Origin: an uncultured Candidatus Saccharibacteria bacterium
GTDB taxonomy: Bacteria > Patescibacteriota > Minisyncoccia > Phycocordibacterales > UBA9973
Assembly (NCBI GenBank): GCA_964397435.1
Contig: CAYNHU010000001.1
Coordinates: forward strand, 209-64,208
Direction: 5' to 3'
DNA: 64,000 nucleotides
This document shows, one piece after another, positions 1 through 10,284 of the stretch. The number at the start of each line of letters is the position of its first letter. The stretch's first letter is position 1. The notes beneath the pieces are model-generated. The model had not been told where the DNA came from. It did not search any database and worked only from the letters and a program-made list of their open reading frames with translations. A program made the position numbers and the translations under genes.

Positions 1-163
1 CGTTTCAAAAAAAAGAAAGCCGAAGCCCGCGCGGATTCCTCCTCAGACTCTTCCTCCGCGCGGACGAGTCCATCGCCCCGCCTCCTTTGCCCCAGAAAAA
101 TTGTGGCGGGGCGCATCAGGAGTTTTTTTCCAAAAAAGGTTCGCGCGAATGCTAGAATAACAC

Positions 164-207
164 CACAGAAATCAAAAAACGCCGAAAGGCGTTTTTTGAT
201 TTCTGTG
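164..207 (-). terminator. Perfect 20-bp hairpin with GAAA loop, directly 3' of tRNA-Ala; probable terminator or processing stem
   Basis: cacagaaatcaaaaaacgcc-gaaa-ggcgttttttgatttctgtg read directly; abuts the tRNA 3' end. Confidence 0.5.
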
Positions 208-278
208 GACCCTAGCGGATTCGAACCGCTGACCTCCTCTTTGCAAAAGAGGCGCTCTACCAACTAAGCTAAGGGCCC
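206..278 (-). tRNA. tRNA-Ala (anticodon UGC)
   Basis: Cloverleaf folded by eye on minus strand: acceptor GGGCCCT/AGGGTCC with G3:U70, anticodon loop TTTGCAA, T-loop TTCGAAT; 73 nt, CCA not encoded. Confidence 0.85.
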
Positions 279-306
279 ATGTATCGGGCAACTCCGATAT
301 ATTACC

Positions 307-1224
307 CTATTTACCGATTTTTGCAAGCGCTAACTGGATAATATGGTCGATAAACTCAGGGAGAAATACCCCTACCTCAGTAAGCGATCTGTGAATATGT
401 GAATCAGGACTAATTTCAGGATGAGTTCTGAGATTTGTCAAATATATCTGCTTTGGAGTGACAATAAATTCTGCCTGTCCATAATGACGAAGCCCGGATG
501 CTTCGTACAATTCTTTTGCGTGACGTTGTAATATATCTTTCTCCTCTCTCGTTAATCCTCTACCTTGCGGCACAAATGTGTAGAGTGGTTGCTTGCGAAG
601 CTCTTCGGTAACGACAGCTACTGCTGGTTTGCCGTGCACAAATTGCTGTACGTGAATTTCTCCCGGCTTTTCAGATGCCATGCGAAGTCCTTCGAGTAAC
701 TCACCGCGTGTTTTTGCAACGATGTCTGGACTTTGTTTTGATGTGATTACCCATGGTGGTGAAAATTTCAAAAATATTTCTTGCGCATGTTCTTTGAGAT
801 ACACTTCGGGAACGACGGGATTTTGATAGCGATAATCAGGAACAGTGTAATACTGTTGTGTTGCGAGTCCAAGTGTCTGTGCTTTTTCTTTGATGAGCAC
901 TGGATTGTCAGTTAATGCTGAAGCAACTGGGCCTGAGCCGGTATATGGAATACCGAGCGCTTCAAGCTGCGCTTGAAGCGCTCCATCTTCACCATACACA
1001 CCATGCAGTGCATTCCACACGACATCAACACTTTCTTTGAGTTGGTCAGCTGTGATCGGTCGTCCATTGATGTGCCAAACGCCATCTTTGGTAATGAGAA
1101 TATCAATCGGTTTGTATGAGAGTGGAAAATGATCACGTAGTGACTGCAAAATCGTCGCTCCAGTTTCAAGCGACTGATGATATTTATGACTGACACCACC
1201 ACGAACAACACCGACTCTAATCAT
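307..1224 (-). CDS. ddl: D-alanine--D-alanine ligase (ATP-grasp), stand-alone copy
   Basis: 305-aa ORF with typical Ddl N-terminus (MIRVGVV..GG.S.E...SL.TG) and ATP-grasp C-terminal half; third Ddl-like module in this window. Confidence 0.8.
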   Translation of the reverse strand: MIRVGVVRGGVSHKYHQSLETGATILQSLRDHFPLSYKPIDILITKDGVWHINGRPITADQLKESVDVVWNALHGVYGEDGALQAQLEALGIPYTGSGPVASALTDNPVLIKEKAQTLGLATQQYYTVPDYRYQNPVVPEVYLKEHAQEIFLKFSPPWVITSKQSPDIVAKTRGELLEGLRMASEKPGEIHVQQFVHGKPAVAVVTEELRKQPLYTFVPQGRGLTREEKDILQRHAKELYEASGLRHYGQAEFIVTPKQIYLTNLRTHPEISPDSHIHRSLTEVGVFLPEFIDHIIQLALAKIGK

Positions 1225-1243
1225 GCGTTTAGTATACCGCGAT

Positions 1244-2488
1244 CTAACGCTTGGTGCTAGTCTTCAAGAAATTTTTTGCGCGTTTTTCTTTGTGGAATGT
1301 AATCGCAAATCGATGCGCTTCACTGTTTGCAAGAATAATAGCGCGCTCATGTGTTCGAGTATACGTTTGATCACCTAATATTTCGCGTGCTTTGTGTCGA
1401 TCGTCTTTGACAACTGAGACAAGTGGCACGGTAAGCTGGTAGCGATTGAGCACTTGGCGTCCAATACGAAGTTGTGCTTCTCCGCCATCCATCACCACGA
1501 GATCAGGCATACCCCATTCTGTGTGACGAAATCGTCGTGAGAGTACTTCTTCAAGCGCACCTGTATCGTTACTGTTTGTTTGTGATTGAATCGTAAATTT
1601 GCGGTATTCTGTTTTAGCAGCTTCACCGTTTTCGACAACTGTCATCACACCAACCATGTTTTTACCACTCAAGTGCGCAATATCGTATGCTTCAATACGA
1701 AACGCACGCGGAGAAACTCCAGCTGCTAACAAGCGATCTTCTTTAATGAGTGCAACATCGTTAATGTGTTCAAGTGCAAACATCTGACGCTTAATTTCAC
1801 CCGCGCGTTCAAACTCGTGTTTGCGAGCAGCTTGCATCATGCTTTTATGCAACTTCGCGAGGACTTTCTTTTTCTTGCCTTCAAAAAATAGTTTTATGTG
1901 CGCAATGTTTTCCTTGTACGCATCAGCAACGTCAGCACGTGATGTGTCTGGTGTTAAACCAAGCTGACGATAAAATTCGTAATTATCTTTCTTGATTGAA
2001 TTTTGATCAATGAATGGAAAAATGCGACGAATGATTTTTAATCCTTCGCGAATCGCAGTACCGCTTGGGTATGGTCCATATATTTTTTTGGCGTTAAGCG
2101 TTGCGAGTTCTTGTTTGATTTTTAGATTGCGTCCGCGCACAAGCAACACCTGTGGCAGTGCATCACCGGTAATAACAACATAGTTGAAACTCTTGTTGTC
2201 TTTTTCTTTGGTATTGTATTTAGGCTGATGCTTTTTGATGAGGTTCGCTTCAAGAATGAGTGCTTCGAGCACAGAATCAGTTTCCTGAAATGCGACACGG
2301 TCAGCTTTGAACACCATATCGACAATATGCGGACCACGCGTTTCAATCAGGTCTTTTGCAAAATAACTTCGAACACGATCGCGGAGTGATGTCGCTTTAC
2401 CAATGTACAACAGACTCTTTCCTTTATAGAAAAAGTAAACGCCCGGATTGTCCGGCAATTGCATACGTTGTAGTTGTTCCAACTTCAT
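1244..2488 (-). CDS. uvrC: Excinuclease ABC subunit C, short form (GIY-YIG + UvrBC + RNase H-like domains, no C-terminal HhH)
   Basis: N-terminal GIY-YIG motif (GVYFFY...LLYIGKA), UvrC-like endonuclease domain near C-terminus; only 414 aa. Confidence 0.8.
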   Translation of the reverse strand: MKLEQLQRMQLPDNPGVYFFYKGKSLLYIGKATSLRDRVRSYFAKDLIETRGPHIVDMVFKADRVAFQETDSVLEALILEANLIKKHQPKYNTKEKDNKSFNYVVITGDALPQVLLVRGRNLKIKQELATLNAKKIYGPYPSGTAIREGLKIIRRIFPFIDQNSIKKDNYEFYRQLGLTPDTSRADVADAYKENIAHIKLFFEGKKKKVLAKLHKSMMQAARKHEFERAGEIKRQMFALEHINDVALIKEDRLLAAGVSPRAFRIEAYDIAHLSGKNMVGVMTVVENGEAAKTEYRKFTIQSQTNSNDTGALEEVLSRRFRHTEWGMPDLVVMDGGEAQLRIGRQVLNRYQLTVPLVSVVKDDRHKAREILGDQTYTRTHERAIILANSEAHRFAITFHKEKRAKNFLKTSTKR

Positions 2489-2566
2489 ATAGCTCTAGTA
2501 TAAAGCATACTAGCGTATATTGACAAAAATGAAATAGGTTTCATAATATATTCAAATCATTGAAAT

Positions 2567-2947
2567 ATGCAACAGGGAAATTACCTAACTCCGAAACGAG
2601 TTACCGCACTTTTGATTGCCTTCAGCATCATGACCGCATTCATCATGTTGATGATCGTACTCTTCCCTCACACGTTTGGTCGCCAATGCTATTTGGGACC
2701 ACACAATTCACACATAGAGACATCTCCGTGGAAATGGTTCTGTTTTATTGAACTACTTGGCCTACTGATAGCTCCGTTCATCGTTGGACTGCACTACAAA
2801 AGCTGGATGCTTGAGCATCCTATCTGCACACAACCGGCACTCATCACAAGAGTGACAACATTTATTTCAAACAACAGTTTATTTTTTCTAATTCTAATAG
2901 GATTTCTTGTTATCAAAACAGCGTGGTATCTTTCCTCGCTCTTTTAA
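2567..2947 (+). CDS. Hypothetical integral membrane protein (about 4 TM helices)
   Basis: 126-aa ORF, hydrophobic segments; no recognisable family. Confidence 0.45.
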   Translation: MQQGNYLTPKRVTALLIAFSIMTAFIMLMIVLFPHTFGRQCYLGPHNSHIETSPWKWFCFIELLGLLIAPFIVGLHYKSWMLEHPICTQPALITRVTTFISNNSLFFLILIGFLVIKTAWYLSSLF

Positions 2948-3078
2948 ACTCATATAACAACACAACATACTAGATACAACACATTAGATTCGTATTGCCC
3001 AGCACTTTGCTCGGGCTTTTTTTATTATATTGACTAGTTCGAATACATGTATTATAGTCAAAACAAATTAGTTCAACT

Positions 3079-3474
3079 ATGAAAACAGAACAAACTCCTC
3101 GTTCAACACTGATTGTTACTTCTATACTTTTTGAACTGTTACGTGACGGTATCCATGGTTCATGGAAAGTACCTACATTATTGATTGCCACGCCTTCAGA
3201 ACAAGATATACAAGAGCCAGAGAAATACCTGCTCGACCAAATCATCGAAAAGCATCCCGAAGCGGCACTCATCATCAAAAACCAGTTTACCCCAGTGTAT
3301 GAGAGATCTTCTCGCATCACTATTCAGAAACTCTATGTTACTGGACCGGAACTGGAACGCGATGCTGAACAAAGCCGTATAATACAGGGCAAGCTTTCGG
3401 CTTTTCTGAAAAACGAGACAGAGATACTCGCCCGTCACATTTATTTTCCTCACCTTAAACACAACCAACCATGA
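3079..3474 (+). CDS. Hypothetical protein
   Basis: 131-aa ORF, 4-nt overlap (ATGA) with next ORF suggests co-translation. Confidence 0.45.
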   Translation: MKTEQTPRSTLIVTSILFELLRDGIHGSWKVPTLLIATPSEQDIQEPEKYLLDQIIEKHPEAALIIKNQFTPVYERSSRITIQKLYVTGPELERDAEQSRIIQGKLSAFLKNETEILARHIYFPHLKHNQP

Positions 3475-3758
3475 ATGCTTTCCTCAAAGAACTTGGTGTA
3501 TATATTTTACACTGGTTCAGATTACCGCTCTTAGTTGCACTTTTGTACGGAAGTATTGCGGGTGTGCCATCGTTACTCTATGGTGCCGGCACGTTTTCAA
3601 GAGTTTCGTACGATGTGTATTTTTACAACGAAAACGTATCGTTTGAAGTACCTGAACAATACTTTGTAACAACATTCACCATTATTGCAGTACTTGTTGT
3701 ACTTGCACTATTTACAGCACATTTTGTCAGCTGGCTTGATAGAAGAACAACTGATTAA
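3471..3758 (+). CDS. Hypothetical small membrane protein
   Basis: 95-aa ORF with two hydrophobic helices; followed by a terminator hairpin. Confidence 0.45.
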   Translation: MNAFLKELGVYILHWFRLPLLVALLYGSIAGVPSLLYGAGTFSRVSYDVYFYNENVSFEVPEQYFVTTFTIIAVLVVLALFTAHFVSWLDRRTTD

Positions 3759-3783
3759 CATATGAGGGGGATTATGCAAAGAA

Positions 3784-3817
3784 CCGCTTGGATTCACATC
3801 CAAGCGGCCTTTTTATT
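3784..3817 (+). terminator. Rho-independent terminator (ccgcttgg-ttcacat-ccaagcgg + T-run)
   Basis: Hairpin plus cctttttatttcc read directly; lies between convergent genes, so may act in both directions. Confidence 0.6.
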
Positions 3818-3857
3818 TCCCATTGTTTCCTCTTCTCCTACTTTTGATATTTGTTTC

Positions 3858-6464
3858 TTACTTACGTAATACTTTTTTGAGATATTTACCAGTATGTGAT
3901 TTTGGATTGTTTGCGACGTCTTCGGGTGTACCGACTGCAACAATTTTTCCACCACCAACGCCACCTTCAGGGCCGATATCAATCAAGTAGTCAGAGCATT
4001 TAATAATGTCCATGTTGTGCTCAATCAATACAACGGTGTTGCCTTTTTGAACGAGCAACTGGAGCACGTCGAGCAATTTTGCAACGTCATCATAGTGCAA
4101 TCCAACAGTTGGCTCATCAAGCAAGTAAATTGTTTTTTCAAGATGTGGTCGGTAGAGTTCTGAACTGATTTTGACACGTTGCGCTTCTCCACCCGAAAGT
4201 GTTGTCGCACTTTGTCCAAGTTCGAGATATGCAAGTCCTACATCACCGAGCGTTTGCAATCGATCGTGAATCGCAGGAATATCTTCGAAGAACGTAAGCG
4301 CTTCTTCGACAGTCATGCGGAGAATTTCGTAAATGTTCTTTTTCTTGTATTTAACTGCGAGTGTTTCTTTGTCGAATCGTTTGCCGGCACAGACATCACA
4401 GGTAACGTACACCGTTGGCAAGAAGTGCATTTCAACAGCAATTTCGCCATTACCTTCACACGCTTCACAGCGACCGCCTTTGACGTTAAATGAGAAACGG
4501 TTTGATTTCCATCCACGCAAGCGAGCTTCTTCGGTTGCGGCAAACAAATCACGAATATGTGTCCACGCGCCAGTGTAGGTTGCGATGTTTGAACGTGGTG
4601 TACGGCCGATTGGAGATTGGTCGATCAAAATAGCACGTGAGATGTATTCTGTCCCAGTAAATGACGCGCAGTTATATCGCTCCGCTGAACGGTAGCGACG
4701 GTCGAGTTTGGCAGCAAGATTTTTGTGCAAAATCTCGTACATAAATGAACTTTTTCCAGAACCAGACACACCTGTGATTGTCACCATGCGTCCAAGTGGA
4801 ACTTCAACATTCATGTCTTTGATATTGAATACATTACCGTTAACGATTTTGATACTTCCCTTGTCTTTGGTGCGACGTTCGTCAGGAACTTCAATTTTGG
4901 TTTCTTCGCGGAGGTATGCAAGTGTACGTGAACCACTGTCATTTTTCTTTGCAGACAAGAGATGGTCAAGGAATCCTGAAACAATAACGTTACCACCGTG
5001 CACGCCGGCTTTTGGTCCGATATCAACGATATAGTCCGATGCGTAGATTGTGTCTTCATCGTGCTCAACAACCAAAATAGTGTTGCCGAGGTCACGCAAG
5101 TTGAGCAATGTTTCAATCAAGCGTTCATTGTCACGCTGGTGCAAACCAATCGTTGGTTCATCGAGCACGTAGAGTGCGCCCACCAGTCGTGAGCCGAGCT
5201 GTGATGCGAGACGAATACGCTGCGCTTCACCACCTGAGAGTGTATTTGCACGACGATCGAGTGTGAGATATTCGAGACCCACATCAAGCATGAACTGGAG
5301 ACGTGCTTCAATTTCGCGCAATACTGGAACTGAAATTTCTTTATCTTTTGGAGAAAGTTTGAGGTTTGTAATGAAGTGCTGCGCATCAGCGATCGAGAGT
5401 GACGCAAAGCGAACAACGTTGATGCGAGTTTTTTGATCGTTTCCGATAAACACATTGAGCGCTTCAACACGAAGACGCTTACCCTGACAACCATCACATG
5501 GTTCATCGCCAAAGAAATGCTTCGTGCCAAGTCCATTACACACAGCACATGCACCATATGGTGAGTTGAATGAGAACAAACGTGGTTCAATTTCTGGAAA
5601 TGAGAAACCATCGTTCGGACATGCGAATTTCGCTGAAAGCAAAAATTCTTCTTGTCCATCAAACTGAATCGTTACCAAACCATCAGCTTCGAGCAATGCG
5701 CGCTCAACTGCTTCTGAGAGGCGCTGACGGCTGCCGTCTTTGTCTGCCTTGAATTCATGCACAGCAAATTCATCAACGAGCACATCGATGTTGTGTGCTT
5801 TGTTTTTTGAGAGCACAATTTGTTCACGAAGATTTTTCATCGCGCCATCGAGACGGATTGAAACGAAACCTTTGCCGAGTAAATCGTAGAGCATCTGGTA
5901 GTGCTCGCCTTTTCGTCCGCGAATAATCGGTGCGAAAATGTGCACTTTGGTATCATTCCACTCAACACCCATGACTGACTTTTTCTTGCCGCCCTCTTTC
6001 ATGAAGCCATTCACTTTTTCAATGATGAAGTTAACGATTTCTTCGTTCGAGAGTTTTTTGATTTCTGTACCACAATCAGGACAAATTGGTTTACCAATAC
6101 GAGCATAGAGCACGCGGAGATAGTCGTAAATTTCGGTAATGGTTGCTACCGTTGAACGTGGGTTATTTGAACGAGACTTCTGATCGATTGAGATTGCCGG
6201 TGACAAACCAGTAATTTCATCAACATCTGGTTTTGGCATTTGGTTCAAAAATTGTCGGGCGTACGCCGAAAGTGACTCAACGTAGCGACGCTGGCCTTCT
6301 GCGAAAATAGTGTCGAATGCAAGTGATGATTTACCTGAACCAGACATACCGGTTACCACAATCATTTTATTGCGTGGCATTTCAACATCTATGTTTTTCA
6401 AGTTATGGGTTCGAGCCCCCTTAACAATGATCGAATCCTGATTTTTATTTTCTTTATGTGGCAT
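3858..6464 (-). CDS. uvrA: Excinuclease ABC subunit A
   Basis: Two ABC ATPase modules ([23 protein letters not shown]), zinc-finger cysteines, LSGGEAQR signatures; start taken at MPHKENK (M40 of the longest ORF). Confidence 0.92.
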   Translation of the reverse strand: MPHKENKNQDSIIVKGARTHNLKNIDVEMPRNKMIVVTGMSGSGKSSLAFDTIFAEGQRRYVESLSAYARQFLNQMPKPDVDEITGLSPAISIDQKSRSNNPRSTVATITEIYDYLRVLYARIGKPICPDCGTEIKKLSNEEIVNFIIEKVNGFMKEGGKKKSVMGVEWNDTKVHIFAPIIRGRKGEHYQMLYDLLGKGFVSIRLDGAMKNLREQIVLSKNKAHNIDVLVDEFAVHEFKADKDGSRQRLSEAVERALLEADGLVTIQFDGQEEFLLSAKFACPNDGFSFPEIEPRLFSFNSPYGACAVCNGLGTKHFFGDEPCDGCQGKRLRVEALNVFIGNDQKTRINVVRFASLSIADAQHFITNLKLSPKDKEISVPVLREIEARLQFMLDVGLEYLTLDRRANTLSGGEAQRIRLASQLGSRLVGALYVLDEPTIGLHQRDNERLIETLLNLRDLGNTILVVEHDEDTIYASDYIVDIGPKAGVHGGNVIVSGFLDHLLSAKKNDSGSRTLAYLREETKIEVPDERRTKDKGSIKIVNGNVFNIKDMNVEVPLGRMVTITGVSGSGKSSFMYEILHKNLAAKLDRRYRSAERYNCASFTGTEYISRAILIDQSPIGRTPRSNIATYTGAWTHIRDLFAATEEARLRGWKSNRFSFNVKGGRCEACEGNGEIAVEMHFLPTVYVTCDVCAGKRFDKETLAVKYKKKNIYEILRMTVEEALTFFEDIPAIHDRLQTLGDVGLAYLELGQSATTLSGGEAQRVKISSELYRPHLEKTIYLLDEPTVGLHYDDVAKLLDVLQLLVQKGNTVVLIEHNMDIIKCSDYLIDIGPEGGVGGGKIVAVGTPEDVANNPKSHTGKYLKKVLRK

Positions 6465-6555
6465 ATATACACTCATACACGAGAACCGCACCCACCAGAA
6501 GTCCTTGGGGGTGTCTATCTCTATATATACCCGCATTCTAGCATGAACCCGTAGT

Positions 6556-7011
6556 TTGACAAACAAATACCCGAAGCGCACAATACAAAAAAATCACACT
6601 ATGAACGCGCACTTTCACATCGTAAGTCCAAGCGATATCGGCTGGATCAAAAATGACATCCAACAACTTTTTCACAAAGGCAACATCATCACCTACTCGA
6701 TACTGAGCACAGACCTTGAAACAGTCGTTGACGCTGAGGAAGAAGATATGTTTGACGCAATACCAAAAACAGAACAACTATCGATTGCGCATCCGGTTAT
6801 AGAAAGCACAGATACACAATTGATACTTCCAATACTTGCACCAGAAAATCAAGTTATCATCAACCTCGGTGACAAAATTTACTTGAATGAAGTTTCTTGC
6901 ATGATTGAGAAACCTGGAATACCACTCGGTTCCCCTCCAATTGTGTACATTTTTGAACACACACCAACAGCATCCGAATTACTCGGACAAGCATATCTCA
7001 ACAACGCATAA
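6556..7011 (+). CDS. Hypothetical protein
   Basis: 151-aa ORF divergent from uvrA; alternative start at MNAHF (6601); followed by terminator hairpin. Confidence 0.45.
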   Translation: MTNKYPKRTIQKNHTMNAHFHIVSPSDIGWIKNDIQQLFHKGNIITYSILSTDLETVVDAEEEDMFDAIPKTEQLSIAHPVIESTDTQLILPILAPENQVIINLGDKIYLNEVSCMIEKPGIPLGSPPIVYIFEHTPTASELLGQAYLNNA

Positions 7012-7057
7012 CAACACACATACCCGTCCACAAACACATTTCAAACGAATTCATCCG

Positions 7058-7086
7058 GCACTGCTTCACGCGGTGCTTTTTTATTG
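7058..7086 (+). terminator. Terminator hairpin (gcactgc-ttcac-gcggtgc + T-run)
   Basis: 7-bp stem with one G:U, followed by ttttttatt; read directly. Confidence 0.45.
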
Positions 7087-7125
7087 AAAAAAAGATGTTT
7101 TTCTGGTATCGTACAGAAGCTAACC

Positions 7126-7197
7126 GGTCCCATCGTCTAGTGGTTAGGACAGCGGGTTCTCAATCCGTTAACCGGAGTTCGACTCTCCGTGGGATCA
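7126..7197 (+). tRNA. tRNA-Glu (anticodon CUC)
   Basis: Cloverleaf by eye: acceptor GGTCCCA/TGGGATC, anticodon stem GCGGG/TCCGT (two G:U), loop TTCTCAA, T-arm CGGAG-TTCGACT-CTCCG; 72 nt. Confidence 0.8.
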
Positions 7198-7225
7198 CAA
7201 ATAATAGCTAGCACTAAAAAAAATA

Positions 7226-8041
7226 ATGCAACTCAACTCATTAAATTTAAATAGATTAAAAAAGACGCAAGAGGATTTATATAACTTTTTGGACAGGGAT
7301 GACTACATAGATGGAAGTGAAATTCGTCAGTGGATTTCAGAAAGCGTTGTTCACTTTACCGAACTCGGAGTGCCACAAAATATTATTCAGTTTTTCTTAG
7401 AAAAACTAGACTATAGAGACATTCAAAGTGACAGTAGATTGATTACTTCACAACCATCAGGAAGTCATGGTCCTTTCCTTTACCATGAGGGATTCGGATA
7501 CGAAATATCTCAAGAAAATAGATTAACAGGAAAAGAGGGTGGTAAAACTAAAATGACTCCTATTTTGGTTGCTTTTAAGGTTGCTGAAAATTTACTTTCA
7601 AAATATGAGGATACATTAAGATTAGTACCCATGACTTTAATTAATGAACTTGATAAATACAATGAAACAAAAACGATTTCAGTCTCACTATCAGCGATTC
7701 AGTCGTCATTCAATGAGAGGGACTCTAAGAAAATGTTATCGGCTTTAATTTCAACTACAGAGAGTTTGTTTAAATTAATCCCTGAAATTTTAGACACGGA
7801 AAAAATTGGACCAAAAATCAGAAAAATATATGATGATAAGAATATATATGAAAAATATTCAATTAATCGTGAGATATTATGGTCTCTAAATAACGCTAGG
7901 ATTATAAGAAATATAGACATACATAATCCTAATAAAGATAACGAGACTACTTTTTATGAAGCGGTAAGCTATGCTCATATAATTATTATATTAACTCTTT
8001 CTATGCTTAGCTCTGGGGGACTAACCTTAACAGAAGCATAG
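7226..8041 (+). CDS. Hypothetical protein with C-terminal Rx4H (HEPN-like) motif; candidate abortive-infection/RNase-type protein
   Basis: 271-aa ORF in a markedly AT-rich islet; C-terminal ARIIRNIDIHNP matches the R-N-x3-H hallmark of HEPN domains; assignment by motif only. Confidence 0.35.
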   Translation: MQLNSLNLNRLKKTQEDLYNFLDRDDYIDGSEIRQWISESVVHFTELGVPQNIIQFFLEKLDYRDIQSDSRLITSQPSGSHGPFLYHEGFGYEISQENRLTGKEGGKTKMTPILVAFKVAENLLSKYEDTLRLVPMTLINELDKYNETKTISVSLSAIQSSFNERDSKKMLSALISTTESLFKLIPEILDTEKIGPKIRKIYDDKNIYEKYSINREILWSLNNARIIRNIDIHNPNKDNETTFYEAVSYAHIIIILTLSMLSSGGLTLTEA

Positions 8042-8123
8042 AATCAACTGAATGCTCATATTTTAAAACTAACTATAAGGTATAAAACCTTTTAGATACT
8101 TTATTTTAGTATATAATACCCTT

Positions 8124-8570
8124 ATGAAAGACTTTCTTAAAAAGAACACACGTTGGGTTGTTTTTGCGATTTTTGCTGTCGCGTTAGATTTTCTACAAAG
8201 AGGATATTTTTTTACAATGTTCTTTGTTTACGCTTTATTTATAAATTTTTTAGCGTCGGGTTTTTTGAAAGAAAAATTTAAAAAAATAGTAAACGCAGTT
8301 ATATTGGTTATTTTAATTTCTTCTTTTGGACTAACCGTGTACGTAAATTGGTATTTACCTCGTGGACCAATGATTGACACAGGAGAAACAGAGGAAGTTT
8401 GTATTGCCGATAATCGAGGTTGTAAAGAAGTAGAAAGATATGTAGAAGATACAAGAAATTTAGATATTCCTGAATGGGCTAAATTTCTTAAACGATATGG
8501 GTTAATGACACTTTTACTAATAGCTTTTGCATACATAGCGTCTACGAAAAAAGAAAAAATACATGAGTAA
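8124..8570 (+). CDS. Hypothetical small integral membrane protein
   Basis: 148 aa, 3-4 hydrophobic helices plus Cys-containing soluble segment; AT-rich islet. Confidence 0.45.
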   Translation: MKDFLKKNTRWVVFAIFAVALDFLQRGYFFTMFFVYALFINFLASGFLKEKFKKIVNAVILVILISSFGLTVYVNWYLPRGPMIDTGETEEVCIADNRGCKEVERYVEDTRNLDIPEWAKFLKRYGLMTLLLIAFAYIASTKKEKIHE

Positions 8571-8874
8571 CTTTATAAAAGAAAACTGGTTTAAACTTTT
8601 AGGAGTAATATTGCTTGTTATTGGAATTGCAGATCATCCATATAGCTATTATCAAATCTTGAGATGGTCAATCATGATAATTGCTGGTTACTCTGCTTAT
8701 TTATCAAATAAAAAGGATGACGAGGTTTGGTTTTGGATTTTTGCCATATTAGCCATTTTGTTCAATCCTATTATCCCGTTCTATTTTTCAAAAGACACTT
8801 GGCAGATTATCGATCTAGCTACTGCTGTTATTTTATTTGTTAATGTTATTGGTTTTAAAAAGTTACAAAAATAA
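8563..8874 (+). CDS. Hypothetical small integral membrane protein
   Basis: 103 aa, 3 TM helices; 8-nt overlap with upstream ORF. Confidence 0.45.
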   Translation: MSNFIKENWFKLLGVILLVIGIADHPYSYYQILRWSIMIIAGYSAYLSNKKDDEVWFWIFAILAILFNPIIPFYFSKDTWQIIDLATAVILFVNVIGFKKLQK

Positions 8875-8889
8875 TTTACTAGAAAAACT

Positions 8890-8929
8890 AAAAAGAGTGT
8901 CAGGGTAATACCCTGACACTCTTTTTAGT
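8890..8929. terminator. Bidirectional terminator, perfect 16-bp stem (aaaaagagtgtcaggg-taat-accctgacactcttttt)
   Basis: A-run/T-run flanked perfect hairpin between convergent islet genes and murF. Confidence 0.65.
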
Positions 8930-8944
8930 TTTATCTCTTCCCTT

Positions 8945-10249
8945 CTACCGCTTCTCCCATTCCTTCTCCTGTCGGACCAAGAGTTTGTGTGCTTGTTCGG
9001 GAGTTGCGAGAATTGCTTTTGTTGCGCGTTCGAGTCGTACACTCTGTGAGCCTTTGATCAGTACGAGATCGCCGCTTGTTACAGCTATGGTGAGATAGTC
9101 TGCTGCTTGTTCTGCGGTGTCAAAATGTTTCATCTTTGTTGTGTTGTAACCGGCAGCTTCTGCACCCTTGTCGATAAATGTTGCGCGGATACCAACAGTG
9201 ATGAGCATATCAACAGCACCTGGTACGAGACTACCAATTTTTTCGTGTGCTTCCTGAGTATATTTACCGAGTTCCATCATGTCGCCAAGTACTGCAATCT
9301 TGCGTCCTGGGACAGTGATTTCTTTGAGTAATGCAAGTGCAGACTCTACTGCGATTGGTGATGAATTGTAGGTGTCATCGATGATAGCTGAACCACGCAC
9401 GCCTGGCAAAAGTGAAAGACGTCCTGGTGGTGTGCGATATTCACGAAGTGCGAGCACTGCTTTTTCGAGATTGAATCCAAGTCCGTACACAACCGCGCAC
9501 GCTGCGAGTGCAGCAGCAATGTGACTTTCGCCGATGATATGTGGCATTGAAACAATGTACTGATATTCTGGAGTAACGAGTGTCCATTCACGTCCCGATG
9601 GAATCTTGTTTCCTGAACCATCATCAATGTAACTAAATTTTACCTGTGATGCACGAACAGGAACTGTTTCTTTGAAACCGTACGCAACTGTTTGTGCGCC
9701 ATATTTTCCAGCGAGTGCTGAAACGAGTGGATCGTCACCGTTTACCACAAGTAATCCCGATGCTTTGAGTGCTTGCGCGAGACTAGTTTTTTCTTCGATG
9801 ACATGTTCTTTGGATTCAAAAAATTCAATATGTACTGGTACATCAGGAAAACGAGTGAGCACCACAACATCAGGGTTCAACCATGGCGCAATGCCTTTGA
9901 TGTCCCCTGGTTTGTCAGCACCAACTTCAAGCACCAACCATTCTGGATATTTATGAGGAAAAACGATGAGCCACAAACCTTCGAGCAACGTTCGTGCCCA
10001 CAAGAGTGGATTAGTCCAACCGTTTGGAAGTCCAAGAATCGAAAGTGGTACACCCATCTCTGAGTTATAGCTTTTTTCACTACGACGAACATGGACGTAC
10101 GGTGCGAGAGCTGTGTAAATGGCGTCTTTGGTTGAAGTCTTGCCTACACTGCCTGTAATAGCCACTATTTTGGGTTTATAGCGCTTTATAACGGTTTTGG
10201 CTTCCCATGTCAGGATGGTGATAATAATGTGCTTAAAAAATGATTTCAT
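8945..10249 (-). CDS. murF: UDP-N-acetylmuramoyl-tripeptide--D-alanyl-D-alanine ligase
   Basis: Mur ligase P-loop (ITGSVGKTSTKD), Mur ligase middle and C-terminal domains; position in dcw cluster. Confidence 0.85.
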   Translation of the reverse strand: MKSFFKHIIITILTWEAKTVIKRYKPKIVAITGSVGKTSTKDAIYTALAPYVHVRRSEKSYNSEMGVPLSILGLPNGWTNPLLWARTLLEGLWLIVFPHKYPEWLVLEVGADKPGDIKGIAPWLNPDVVVLTRFPDVPVHIEFFESKEHVIEEKTSLAQALKASGLLVVNGDDPLVSALAGKYGAQTVAYGFKETVPVRASQVKFSYIDDGSGNKIPSGREWTLVTPEYQYIVSMPHIIGESHIAAALAACAVVYGLGFNLEKAVLALREYRTPPGRLSLLPGVRGSAIIDDTYNSSPIAVESALALLKEITVPGRKIAVLGDMMELGKYTQEAHEKIGSLVPGAVDMLITVGIRATFIDKGAEAAGYNTTKMKHFDTAEQAADYLTIAVTSGDLVLIKGSQSVRLERATKAILATPEQAHKLLVRQEKEWEKR

Positions 10250-10284
10250 ACGGTTTTTATGGTTATTTCATCTAAATCTGCTAC

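Noticed and set aside
5117-5662. 181-aa His-rich ORF and other ORFs over 60 aa antisense within uvrA
   Set aside because: Fully embedded antisense in a strongly conserved gene; no independent signals.
7126-8945. Integrative element (genomic island with att sites) at tRNA-Glu
   Set aside because: No integrase and no direct repeat of the tRNA 3' end at the distal boundary; only a compositional islet can be asserted.
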